Source: a virus (taxonomy: Duplodnaviria > Caudoviricetes). From it: a stretch of DNA of 53,682 bases. The position numbers were made by a program, and so were the translations under genes. This document shows positions 26,797-35,272 of the stretch, one piece after another; position 1 is the first letter of the stretch; each line of letters begins with the position of its first letter. The notes beneath the pieces were generated by a model, which saw only the letters and a list, made by a program, of their open reading frames with translations, was not told the DNA's origin and did no database searches. The stretch is from positions 1 through 53,682 of IMG/VR virus record IMGVR_UViG_3300031825_000171; one strand, given 5' to 3'.

Positions 26797-27493
26797 GTTT
26801 CGCGTCCTTTCGATTGGCGGAACGTGCTTGAATCGCCTTGTTGATCCACGGGATCGGTTTGCTCACGTCTTCCTTGCGGGCGGCGTCCACAACCTCGAAT
26901 ACGAGAGTGTCCGGGTACTGCTTCCGCAGCAGTCCCAGGAACGAGCGCCCATGTGGCTCGTCTACGCCCTTGCCGGTGAGGAATTGCAGGCACGTGCCGA
27001 AAATCGGGTCTGGGTCCGTTTTCGTCGCCCCGTCGCCCGTTTTTGACGTACCTTGGCTATTGGCTAGTGGAGTAGTGGCTAATGGCTTAATGGCTAAGGT
27101 TTCCAAACGTAACCCACCATCATTCCCACCAGAAACCGACTGGGTTTTTTCTGGGTTATTGTTGGGTTTCTTTTTGGGCCTTCCTCCGCCCTTCCCGTTT
27201 TCCCGGTTGGTTTGTGCTTTTTCCATCATCGCGGCGATTTCTTCATCGCATCGCTTGTGGTGCCAACCGTCATCTTTCAAGTTGAAGAAGTCAGCCAATA
27301 CGGCATCCACAGCAGCTTGATCCTGCTTTCCGCGTGCTCTGACGCGGCGATAGATTTCTGCCCTCTCCAAGGGAAGCGGTCTCTCGGCGGCGTAGTAAAA
27401 ATCGAGCAGACGGTTATAAGCGCCGTCCTCTGCCATCGACAGGTGCGCCGTGTCCCTCGCGTAATCGCCTAAATGCCGTTTGTAGTAATTCAA
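26738..27493 (-). CDS. Replication initiator, YdaU/DUF1376 family
   Basis: MNYYKRHLGDYARDTAHLS..E.GAY..LLD.YY. Confidence 0.88.
   Translation of the reverse strand: MNYYKRHLGDYARDTAHLSMAEDGAYNRLLDFYYAAERPLPLERAEIYRRVRARGKQDQAAVDAVLADFFNLKDDGWHHKRCDEEIAAMMEKAQTNRENGKGGGRPKKKPNNNPEKTQSVSGGNDGGLRLETLAIKPLATTPLANSQGTSKTGDGATKTDPDPIFGTCLQFLTGKGVDEPHGRSFLGLLRKQYPDTLVFEVVDAARKEDVSKPIPWINKAIQARSANRKDAKHGNFASQDYRTGVGPDGSF
27054..27097. repeat. Iteron-like TGGCTA repeats (probable origin)
   Basis: Five TGGCT(A/T) copies in initiator linker, next to T-rich tracts. Confidence 0.55.
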
Positions 27494-27536
27494 CCTGCTT
27501 CGCCTCTTTCGTTCTCGTCGCTATCTGGCCACTTGC

Positions 27537-27737
27537 TTATCTACCTGCACACTGGTTCTGCGGAACTGCGGTCGAATGAACATCAAGTCCCAACCGCTTT
27601 TCCATTTCCGCTACTCTCTCTGGTCCGTAGTGCAATGACACAAACCGTCTCCAGTAGGCACTAGCCGCATCTCTGTCGTGGTTGTCCCAGGCTTCGCACA
27701 TGGCGGCTAGGGCGGCTTCCTCGGCTTGGGCGTTCAC
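27537..27737 (-). CDS. Hypothetical protein
   Basis: GTGA coupling. Confidence 0.55.
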   Translation of the reverse strand: MNAQAEEAALAAMCEAWDNHDRDAASAYWRRFVSLHYGPERVAEMEKRLGLDVHSTAVPQNQCAGR

Positions 27738-27994
27738 GGTTGAGCAGAGCCCCTCACGAGGCGCGGTTGCCCCGGCTGCGGCGCTGCTGGTTCGGCTTGT
27801 GGCAGGAATGCGCTCGCAGTCGGCCGTCCGGTAGCGCGCACCATGTCCACTTCGACCTTCGCGCTGTCCACGATCACCTTCGCCACATCGGCCACGGCTT
27901 TTGCACGCTCGATGTCCATCGGCTTGTCCTCGTCGCGCAGCGCTTCCAGTGTTGCGAAAAGGTGATTGCGCAAGTCCTCGATCTTGTTCTTCAC
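27734..27994 (-). CDS. Conserved phage protein following HNH gene
   Basis: DLRNHLF.TLE.L..ERAKAV. Confidence 0.75.
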   Translation of the reverse strand: MKNKIEDLRNHLFATLEALRDEDKPMDIERAKAVADVAKVIVDSAKVEVDMVRATGRPTASAFLPQAEPAAPQPGQPRLVRGSAQP

Positions 27995-28641
27995 GTGCGG
28001 ACCCTCCGGTTAATTTGGCGTTGAAGCGCCCCGCGCAGTTGAATCAGTTGTGGTATCGGCTGCGGGTAGTGGTGATAGGTGTTGCGCCGCATGTTCTCGG
28101 CAAGGCTGATGCACTCCACGCGGTCAACGGTGATTTCCTCGAGTTTCGCTGTGCGCATGCCGGGTTTGAATACGCAGATGTGACCGGCCGGAACGGGGCC
28201 ATTAGCCTCGATCCATACAAGCTCATGCACGCCGCGCCAGCGCTTGCTATTGCTGCCCTTTGCGGTCCCGATCTTGCGTTGCAGGGTGCCGTCCTTGGTG
28301 AGCCTGTAGCTACCGACCGGATGGGCGTTGTGCGGCTGCAACCCCTTTTTAAATCGTGTCTCGTGTGACCGGCCACCAGAGTCCCACTTGATACCTGTAT
28401 TCCACGGCTTCATGCCCTTCGAGAAACGATGCGCGATGCCCGCCAGAGACAGCTTCGTGAGCCGCCCCGATTCGACGCTCGCCAGATAGCCTTCTGTTTT
28501 CCGCAACCCCATGCCGAGCGCCTTCTGATATGTCGGCCTTTCGGCGCGACCTATGAATTCTGCGATGCGTGCGGTCTTGGCGTGCGGATAAAGCTCTCGG
28601 AGTAGCACAAGCTCTACCTCTGTCCAAGGTATCCGTCTCAC
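27991..28641 (-). CDS. HNH-type endonuclease-domain protein
   Basis: RF.KG..PWN repeats; VH.LVW...NGPVP.GH...F; AENMRRN. Confidence 0.8.
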   Translation of the reverse strand: MRRIPWTEVELVLLRELYPHAKTARIAEFIGRAERPTYQKALGMGLRKTEGYLASVESGRLTKLSLAGIAHRFSKGMKPWNTGIKWDSGGRSHETRFKKGLQPHNAHPVGSYRLTKDGTLQRKIGTAKGSNSKRWRGVHELVWIEANGPVPAGHICVFKPGMRTAKLEEITVDRVECISLAENMRRNTYHHYPQPIPQLIQLRGALQRQINRRVRT

Positions 28642-29030
28642 TCGACTACCGCCCGCGCCAGCTCTTCGGCGCTCTCCTGCATTGCGAGCGCGTCCATTAG
28701 CTCTTCATTGCTCTCAAATCCCTCCACGTTCGACCGTATAGCGGCCCGGAGCAGCTTCCCGGATGCGACAAGATGCTGTAGCGCTTTCTTGGTCACGGTG
28801 GGCCTGTCGAGCTTGGAACGGTCGCAGACCTTCTTGCTCGGCGCGTAATCGGGATTGAGTGTGTATTTGTGCGGCCTGTCGCCGTGGCGGATCGTTTCGC
28901 CCTTCCGCGATGAATACGTGAAGAACTGGCAGACGTTCTTGGCATTGATGCCCGTTGCGGCGACGATCTCGCCTGAGCCTCTTGGCTCCGTCGCGCTGAG
29001 TGCAGCGCGAATGCAATCGGCGTGAGTCAT
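28638..29030 (-). CDS. Hypothetical winged-helix protein
   Basis: wHTH-like N-terminus; GTGA coupling. Confidence 0.55.
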   Translation of the reverse strand: MTHADCIRAALSATEPRGSGEIVAATGINAKNVCQFFTYSSRKGETIRHGDRPHKYTLNPDYAPSKKVCDRSKLDRPTVTKKALQHLVASGKLLRAAIRSNVEGFESNEELMDALAMQESAEELARAVVE

Positions 29031-29198
29031 ACCCTCTTTACCCGCGCCTTGAACGTGCCTTCAGGCAATCGCTCAATACACGCGCGGCGCAGGGATCGCC
29101 AGTTGTCCACGGTGGGCGATAGCAGGAATCGGATCATGAGCATCATCGGTTTCATTCTTGCCCCTTCTGATCGTAGTTATGGGCGAGTGCGGCGGGTG

Positions 29199-29603
29199 CT
29201 ACGCTGCGCGAGTTATCAGCCCTCGCAGCAGCTTGTTCTCTGCCTCTATGCGCTCGTTCCTCTCCCGCTCCAGCCGCAGCCGCCGCTCTAGCTCGGATTC
29301 CTTCGGCGTGAGCACATAGCCGCGACGATCCGCGAGCCAGATCAGCGGCGCCTCGTTGCCGAATTCGTCCATCAGTGTTTCGTAGCGGTCATGCGGGAAT
29401 GCGCGCTTCCCGTCCTTGATGAGCGACCACGTGGTTGCGTCGAGGCTGAGCACCCGCGCTTGGTCCTTGTCGTTCTCCAATCCAGCAAGCTCGGCGCAGA
29501 GCACGATTGCCTTCGTCATGCTTGGCTGCCGCGAGACGATGCCCGTGTCGATGGCGACAGGTTGGCGAGGCAGGCGCAGGGACAACTGTGCAGAAACGTC
29601 CAT
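29199..29603 (-). CDS. CII-like transcriptional regulator
   Basis: After cro; HTH; GNEAPLIWLA..GY. Confidence 0.65.
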   Translation of the reverse strand: MDVSAQLSLRLPRQPVAIDTGIVSRQPSMTKAIVLCAELAGLENDKDQARVLSLDATTWSLIKDGKRAFPHDRYETLMDEFGNEAPLIWLADRRGYVLTPKESELERRLRLERERNERIEAENKLLRGLITRAA

Positions 29604-30005
29604 CACGATGCTTTGCTCACGTTTGCGGACGTGTTTGAGGCAAAATTTTGCCCATGGACACGACACGAGAAAGAAAAACCCCCGACCCGAAGGCCGAGGG
29701 CCGCGCACCGGAGGAGGTAGTGCGCGCAAAGGGTGAGAAGCGTCCGCTGCGGCCGCAGGCTACCGCCGATGACAGTCGGGTTTGGTGCCCCATTCCCGGG
29801 CCAGCATCGGACTCGCCACGGACGCTCCTCGTAGTGGGTGAGCGGCGGCAGGCTGCCCGCATATTGTCATCGCCTGCATTGTTCAGTAGCGAGCCGAAAG
29901 CGGGCGCGCCGCTCGTAGAACCTGTCGAATTCTTTGACGAAATCACCCAGCGGACCGTCGGATACGACGCGCTGCTCCGGGGGATGCTGGGGGCTGAGGA
30001 GTGAG

Positions 30006-30206
30006 TCATGCCGCAGAATCGAGAAATAGGTCTGGGCGCAGAACAGAACGAGATACGCCAGTGACGCGCTCTACATCCAGCACTCGTTCTGCAGGGATTT
30101 TTTTCCACTGCTGAATCGATTGCACTTTTATTCCAAGCGCACGCGCTAAGGCGGATGCGCTACCAGCGGCATTCACCGCCTCCTTGATTCCACGTAAGGT
30201 GTCCAT
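30006..30206 (-). CDS. cro: Cro/YdaS-like regulator
   Basis: GSASALARALGI..QSIQQW, IPAER, LRPDLF. Confidence 0.9.
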   Translation of the reverse strand: MDTLRGIKEAVNAAGSASALARALGIKVQSIQQWKKIPAERVLDVERVTGVSRSVLRPDLFLDSAA

Positions 30207-30214
30207 GAAAAGAA

Positions 30215-30287
30215 ACGATACAGGAAATTCCTGTGCTATGCAAGTTAAACCTGCGGTGCCACCTATTGGCCCGCAGGTTATCCTTGT
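30215..30287. promoter_or_regulatory. OR: three operators and pR
   Basis: ACAGGAAATTCCTGT 30220, GCAAGTTAAACCTGC 30240, GCAGGTTATCCTTGT 30273; minus TTGCAT-17-TATCGT. Confidence 0.85.
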
Positions 30288-30291
30288 AGCT

Positions 30292-30765
30292 ATGGAATCA
30301 ATTCATGCGCGAATAAAGCGCCTCCGAATGGCGAAAGGCATGAGCCTAGAGACCTTTGCGGAAAAGGTCGGTATTAAGTGGCAGTCGGTGCAGCAGTGGG
30401 AAAAAGAGGACCACGAAGGGGGTACCGCACCATCGCGGAAGAGACAGGCACAAGTAGCCGCTATTCTTGGCGTGTCGCTCAACGAGCTCATGTCTGGGAA
30501 CCAGACGGGTTCGGAGGTTGTACGAGCCGATGCGGTACGTCCGATCATCGCATCGATACGTCAGAAACTGGAGCAGCTAGAAATGCTCCTAGGGCCGACT
30601 GTGACAGATCGGCGGTTAGAGGCTAACGGCTTTGTAAAGCTAAACCCGGATGGTATAAGCGGGACCGGTCACTCTACGGATGACCCAGTTAGCAAGCCGC
30701 TACGGCAGGCCGCCAGAGAGGAAGTTGAGCAGGTTGTGTCTGAAACGAAACAACGAAGAAAGTAG
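30292..30765 (+). CDS. cI: CI-like Xre repressor without evident S24 peptidase domain
   Basis: RIKRLR..GMS...AE.VG....V.QWE; divergent from cro. Confidence 0.85.
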   Translation: MESIHARIKRLRMAKGMSLETFAEKVGIKWQSVQQWEKEDHEGGTAPSRKRQAQVAAILGVSLNELMSGNQTGSEVVRADAVRPIIASIRQKLEQLEMLLGPTVTDRRLEANGFVKLNPDGISGTGHSTDDPVSKPLRQAAREEVEQVVSETKQRRK

Positions 30766-30779
30766 TGCCTCGAGAACCT

Positions 30780-30803
30780 GACACTGATTTTAAAATAAGT
30801 GTC
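30780..30803. promoter_or_regulatory. 24-bp palindrome
   Basis: GACACTGATTTTAAAATAAGTGTC, one mismatched pair. Confidence 0.5.
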
Positions 30804-30828
30804 CGATTTAAATTTTGGTCAGAAGATC

Positions 30829-31061
30829 AACAATCCGGCCCCAGGTGGAAGGTAAATGACAGACGACCCGGATGAACTTCAATATGAATACGCAGTGGCG
30901 CGGAAGGATCCGGCAGTGGCAATTGCGGCCGTCGAGGAAATTGAGACCCAAGTCCGGCATGCCATTCCAAGCTTAAAGCTAATAGGTTGGGTAATCGCTG
31001 GCTTGTTAGCCTTGATCCTTTGGCGTATCTGGTAAAAAACAATCCGGCCCTAGGCGGGAGG
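30829..31061 (+). repeat. 24-bp direct repeats (30829-30852, 31038-31061) flanking a small gene
   Basis: AACAATCCGGCCCCAGGTGGAAGG vs AACAATCCGGCCCTAGGCGGGAGG, 21/24. Confidence 0.8.
30856..31035 (+). CDS. 59-aa C-terminally anchored membrane protein
   Basis: GGAAGG upstream; ends SLKLIGWVIAGLLALILWRIW; below ORF-track cutoff. Confidence 0.75.
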   Translation: MTDDPDELQYEYAVARKDPAVAIAAVEEIETQVRHAIPSLKLIGWVIAGLLALILWRIW

Positions 31062-31102
31062 CCGGTGAACACAACAGCCGCCAATCGAACGGGAGTATGA
31101 CA

Positions 31103-31228
31103 ATGAAGAAGATCGTGCTTATCCTGGCATTGCTCATTGCGGCGCCGGCCGCGCTAGCCCACTCTGGCGGCACCGATCGCTCAGGATGCCACCTCGACCA
31201 CAGAACCGGCGTGTACCACTGTCACTGA
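31103..31228 (+). CDS. 41-aa secreted His-rich (YHYH-type) peptide
   Basis: GGGAG RBS; signal peptide ending ALA then HSGGTDRSGCHLDHRTGVYHCH. Confidence 0.85.
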   Translation: MKKIVLILALLIAAPAALAHSGGTDRSGCHLDHRTGVYHCH

Positions 31229-31426
31229 GTTGGGAGACCCGTCCGACCACGGCAATTTGTGACCCGGCGGGGCACTCCCCGGTAGCGACTGGCCTCGCTA
31301 CCGCGCCTCACCATCCCGCCGCCCATGCTTCTCTGATAGTGCACTAACCCGGAGGCGAAAGCCTCCCACTCCGACTCAATTCAAGCAATCGAAGTAAGCC
31401 CGGTTTATCCCGTTTCGTCCGCCTAT

Positions 31427-31466
31427 GCAGGTTTTTCTTGCATACCACAGTTTTTTCCTGTATCGT
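31427..31466 (+). promoter_or_regulatory. OL: two operators and pL
   Basis: GCAGGTTTTTCTTGC, ACAGTTTTTTCCTGT; TTGCAT-17-TATCGT, same hexamers as pR. Confidence 0.85.
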
Positions 31467-31506
31467 CTCTCCAACGCTCACCACACGAGCGGCACAGGAG
31501 ACGGGG

Positions 31507-32541
31507 ATGAAGGTCGCCATCAAATGCAGATTCAGCGGGAACGTTCTGTTCGAGGCCGAGGTAGGCGATACAGATGAGCGGTATCGCGTTCGCGTCGCGT
31601 TAGAGATGGGCGTGAAGGCCCGAGCCGACCTCGACGGAGCCGACCTCGCCGGAGCCTACCTCGCCCGAGCCAACCTCGACGGAGCCAACCTCGACGGAGC
31701 CTACCTCGCCGGAGCCTACCTCGCCGGAGCCTACCTCGACGGAGCCGACCTCGCCGGAGCCAACCTCGCCGGAGCCAACCTCGACGGAGCCGACCTCGCC
31801 GGAGCCGACCTCGCCAGAGCCAACCTCGACGGAGCCAACCTCGCCGGAGCCAAGCTCGCCAGAGCCAACCTCGACGGAGCCTACCTCGCCCGAGCCAACC
31901 TCGACGGAGCCAACCTCGACGGAGCCTACCTCGCCGGAGCCGACCTCGCCGGAGCCAAGCTCGCCAGAGCCAACCTCGACGGAGCCTACCTCGCCCGAGC
32001 CTACCTCGCCGGAGCCAACCTCGCCGGAGCCGACCTCGCCGGAGCCAACCTCGACGGAGCCGACCTCGCCGGAGCCAACCTCGACGGAGCCGACCTCGCC
32101 GGAGCCAACCTCGACGGAGCCTACCTCGCCGGAGCCGACCTCGCCGGAGCCAACCTCGCCCGAGCCGACCTCGCCGGAGCCGACCTCGCCAGAGCCAACC
32201 TCGACGGAGCCAACCTCGCCGGAGCCGACCTCGCCAGAGCCAACCTCGACGGAGCCTACCTCGCCCGAGCCAACCTCGACGGAGCCAAGCTGATCGGCAG
32301 GCGCCCCATTCTGCAGATAGGTCCGCTCGGCTCACGTTGCGCGTATCTCGTCTCATACATGACGGATGCGGGTATCAAGGTCCGCGCCGGTTGCTTCTTC
32401 GGCTCATTGCCAGAATTCGTCTCAAGGGTTCGCGAGACGCACGGCATGAACCAGTACGGGCGCGAGTATGAAGCGGCTATCGACATGATAGAGGCGCATG
32501 CGGCTATTTGGACGCCCGCAGAGCAGCAGCAGGCGGCATAG
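31507..32541 (+). CDS. Pentapeptide-repeat protein
   Basis: About 44 A(D/N/Y)L(A/D)(G/R) units; C-terminal GPLGSR..GCF.G domain. Confidence 0.92.
   Translation: MKVAIKCRFSGNVLFEAEVGDTDERYRVRVALEMGVKARADLDGADLAGAYLARANLDGANLDGAYLAGAYLAGAYLDGADLAGANLAGANLDGADLAGADLARANLDGANLAGAKLARANLDGAYLARANLDGANLDGAYLAGADLAGAKLARANLDGAYLARAYLAGANLAGADLAGANLDGADLAGANLDGADLAGANLDGAYLAGADLAGANLARADLAGADLARANLDGANLAGADLARANLDGAYLARANLDGAKLIGRRPILQIGPLGSRCAYLVSYMTDAGIKVRAGCFFGSLPEFVSRVRETHGMNQYGREYEAAIDMIEAHAAIWTPAEQQQAA
31621..32280 (+). repeat. 44 tandem 15-nt coding repeats
   Basis: Consensus VGAGCCDACCTCGMC. Confidence 0.95.
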
Positions 32542-32575
32542 GCCACGCAGATTAACGAGCGATAGGAGAGAGACG

Positions 32576-32778
32576 ATGACGACGTACCGCAATCCCTGGC
32601 ACGAGCCGCACGACGCGAAATACGGTCCGGCGTTCTTCAGCACTGAAGCTCGTGCGGTCGAGTATCGCGGCTTCCTGATCTATGAGCGCATCAAGGGTGT
32701 TGTTTGGGATGTCGCGTCACGCAGAGAGCCGGGGCGAACGGCGCTCGTGAAGCAATCGACAACCTCCTCGCCGCCTAG
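32576..32778 (+). pseudogene. Small early gene with probable internal deletion/frameshift
   Basis: After WDV the shifted frame reads VTQRAGANGAREAIDNLLAA-stop. Confidence 0.4.
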
Positions 32779-32829
32779 CACACCGGCCCCCACCGAATAA
32801 CCGAACGCAACGTAGATAAGGAGAGGGTG

Positions 32830-33009
32830 ATGACTACCGTGAATGAAATGGATGCGGATATTGAATCTCAATCTCGAATCGACGCGCTGGAAACGCAGAT
32901 CGCGAATCTGACCTTACGGGCTGAGACCGGCGCGGACCACGCGAAACTGTGCGAGCTATATGAACGACTGGAAGCCGCTCATGCGCTGGCGACGATGATC
33001 ACCCTCTAA
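32830..33009 (+). CDS. Hypothetical acidic protein
   Basis: AAGGAG RBS. Confidence 0.6.
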   Translation: MTTVNEMDADIESQSRIDALETQIANLTLRAETGADHAKLCELYERLEAAHALATMITL

Positions 33010-33061
33010 CGCCTCCTGCGGGCGCTATGGAGTGGTAATGCCAACACACACGGAGGACGAG

Positions 33062-33763
33062 ATGGGTAAAAAGTTTGAACTGGTCGCAGATCAAAGCATC
33101 GAGGTATTCGGGCGCAAGCTGTTCCGCATTCGCGCGCTCGTGTCGTTTGGCGTCGTCAAGGCCGGAGAGCTTGGCGGCTATGTCGAGAAAGAGGAAAACG
33201 TCGCGCAGGGCGGCAATGCGTGGGTCTACGGCAATGCGCGGGTCTCCGGCGATGCGCTGGTCTCCGGCGATGCGCAGGTCTACGGCAATGCGCGGGTCTC
33301 CGGCGATGCGCTGGTCTACGGCAATGCGCGGGTCTACGGCGATGCGCAGGTCTACGGCGATGCGCAGGTCTCCGGCAATGCGCGGGTCTCCGGCAATGCG
33401 CGGGTCTCCGGCAATGCGCAGGTCTACGGCAATGCGTGGGTCTACGGCAATGCGCAGGTCTACGGCAATGCGCAGGTCTCCGGCGATGCGCGGGTCTACG
33501 GCGATGCGCGGGTCTCCGGCGATGCCGATTTCATGCTCGCCGGACCGCTCGGCTCGCGTCGCGCATTCCTGACCGTTCACGCCGATGCCAAGCTGGGCGT
33601 TCGCTTTTCTACGGGCTGTTTCTCTGGCTCCGAGTACGAGTTCAAAGCCGCAATCCAGGAGACGCACGGCGACAACGAATATGCGCGCCAGTATCTCGCC
33701 GCCATCGAGCTTGCGGCCTTGGTCGTGAAGCCCGCGAAGATCGAAGCGGAAGCCGCAGCGTAA
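33062..33763 (+). CDS. Hexapeptide-repeat (left-handed beta-helix) protein
   Basis: LFRIRAL.SFG.V..G.LGGYVE.E.N; 17 G(N/D)A.V(Y/S) units; GCFSG C-domain. Confidence 0.92.
   Translation: MGKKFELVADQSIEVFGRKLFRIRALVSFGVVKAGELGGYVEKEENVAQGGNAWVYGNARVSGDALVSGDAQVYGNARVSGDALVYGNARVYGDAQVYGDAQVSGNARVSGNARVSGNAQVYGNAWVYGNAQVYGNAQVSGDARVYGDARVSGDADFMLAGPLGSRRAFLTVHADAKLGVRFSTGCFSGSEYEFKAAIQETHGDNEYARQYLAAIELAALVVKPAKIEAEAAA
33212..33517 (+). repeat. 17 tandem 18-nt coding repeats
   Basis: Consensus GGCRATGCGYDGGTCTMC. Confidence 0.95.
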
Positions 33764-33786
33764 CCCGACGAGTCAAGGAGGACGAG

Positions 33787-34101
33787 ATGGGACAGGAAGC
33801 GCAGCACACGCCGGAGCGCATGACCGGCGACGAGTTCGCCGAGATGCGGCGCGTTATAGATGACGAACACGGAAACCCCCTGGGCACGGTTTACCTGCTG
33901 CGCATGCCCGGCGGATCTCGGGAGTGCCCGTTTGTTGCGCAGGACAGCTACCACCAGCTCGAGCGCGAGAACGCGGAACTGCGGGAGGCGCTGAATGCTC
34001 TTCTTACGCAACTCGACAACGCCTGCGCGACCGCACTTCCCCCTACGTCATTTAAAGGTGCGCGTGATAAAGCTCGCGCCGTCCTTGCGAGGCAACCATG
34101 A
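33787..34101 (+). CDS. Hypothetical early protein
   Basis: GGAGG RBS. Confidence 0.7.
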   Translation: MGQEAQHTPERMTGDEFAEMRRVIDDEHGNPLGTVYLLRMPGGSRECPFVAQDSYHQLERENAELREALNALLTQLDNACATALPPTSFKGARDKARAVLARQP

Positions 34102-34352
34102 GCGCCCTACCCGTCTGCCCCGACAAGATAGCCGACAAGCCCGCATTGCTCGCCGCCATGCTGCTGCAGAAGGACGAAGAGATACGGGAACTAGTGGGGG
34201 CGCTGCAAGAGACTCGCGAAGTCCTCGCGATGTTGACCGACCCGGAGCGCATCAAACAATCGCGGGTTCAAATCGCGTGGGCTCAAGCGGTCGCGGCTGA
34301 GGCAAAAGTCCGCGCCCTTCTCGCCAAGCACACAGAGGTAAGCCATGAATAG
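34098..34352 (+). CDS. Hypothetical early protein
   Basis: ATGA coupling. Confidence 0.65.
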   Translation: MSALPVCPDKIADKPALLAAMLLQKDEEIRELVGALQETREVLAMLTDPERIKQSRVQIAWAQAVAAEAKVRALLAKHTEVSHE

Positions 34353-34605
34353 CCTAGCCGATGGTGATGTCCTTGAGGCTGTCCGCGAATACTTGGACCA
34401 CGCCCACATAGCCTCTCTCCTGAATCACGAGCGCAACGCGGAGCGAGACGAAGTAACGATGGAACTCGGTCTGCTCGTGCGCTCAGCAGTAGGCATCTAC
34501 GAGGAAGTAAACGCAGCGACGCCGGATGCTGATGCGATAGAAGCGGAGCGCAGTGATATTCGGCATGACCGGAAGGTGGACGACAGACTGACGGAGGCAG
34601 CATGA
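34345..34605 (+). CDS. Hypothetical early protein
   Basis: GAGG RBS, coupling. Confidence 0.65.
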   Translation: MNSLADGDVLEAVREYLDHAHIASLLNHERNAERDEVTMELGLLVRSAVGIYEEVNAATPDADAIEAERSDIRHDRKVDDRLTEAA

Positions 34606-34895
34606 AAGTCACGCTGAAGATGTTCTTGCACTGGTCGCACACCGATTATTCCGGCCCTCAATGGCAGCTGTGGAGTACCGACATGAGCGCGCATTTCAAG
34701 GATACGGTCTGCATCGGCGAGCGCGAAATCGAGATCGATGCCCCGGATGACTTCGATCCGCGCCCCGGCATGGTGGACTCGCTGCGCAAGCAGAAGGCGC
34801 AGGTACTGGCCGACGCGCAGCTCAAGGCGACTCAGATCGAAGGGCGCATTCAGCAGCTCCTGTGCATCGAGCATAAGCCGGAGGTGACGGCATGA
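34602..34895 (+). CDS. Hypothetical early protein
   Basis: GGAGG RBS, ATGA coupling. Confidence 0.75.
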   Translation: MKVTLKMFLHWSHTDYSGPQWQLWSTDMSAHFKDTVCIGEREIEIDAPDDFDPRPGMVDSLRKQKAQVLADAQLKATQIEGRIQQLLCIEHKPEVTA

Positions 34896-35272
34896 AGTCG
34901 AACGGGAAATTGAAAGATTCAGAGATTAGGCGCTTGCGTAATGCTGTGCGTCGCCTCCAGCGCGAGCGCAAGAAACTTCGTGAATTCGTCCGCGATATGC
35001 AATGGGTCCAGCCAACGTCTAATAGCTCACCTTCTTGCGCTTACTGTGGTTTTGCCGAACGCATGACAACAGCACAAAGCGTAGGCGAGTTTGATCCGAA
35101 TCTCGCAGCCGAGATCGAGACGGCGACCGCCATCTGCTACGCGAATCTGCAAGCGCACTTTCCGCGGGGTTTTATGGATCAACTGACGCCCGAGCAGATC
35201 AGCGGCGTTTTCAAGTGCGGCTTCGCAGATGGTGTGCAGTGGGCCATGGACAAGGTGGAGGCGCAATCGTGA
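34892..35272 (+). CDS. Hypothetical early protein
   Basis: GGAGG RBS, ATGA coupling. Confidence 0.6.
   Translation: MKSNGKLKDSEIRRLRNAVRRLQRERKKLREFVRDMQWVQPTSNSSPSCAYCGFAERMTTAQSVGEFDPNLAAEIETATAICYANLQAHFPRGFMDQLTPEQISGVFKCGFADGVQWAMDKVEAQS

Noticed and set aside
31621-32280. CRISPR array
   Set aside because: Contiguous in-frame coding repeats without unique spacers; no cas genes
31532-32356. 274-aa Arg/Trp-rich minus-strand ORF
   Set aside because: Shadow of the pentapeptide repeat
33075-33786. Alternative-frame repeat ORFs (AMRGSP.., LRQCAG..)
   Set aside because: Shadows of the 18-nt repeat; the real downstream gene starts at 33787 with its own RBS
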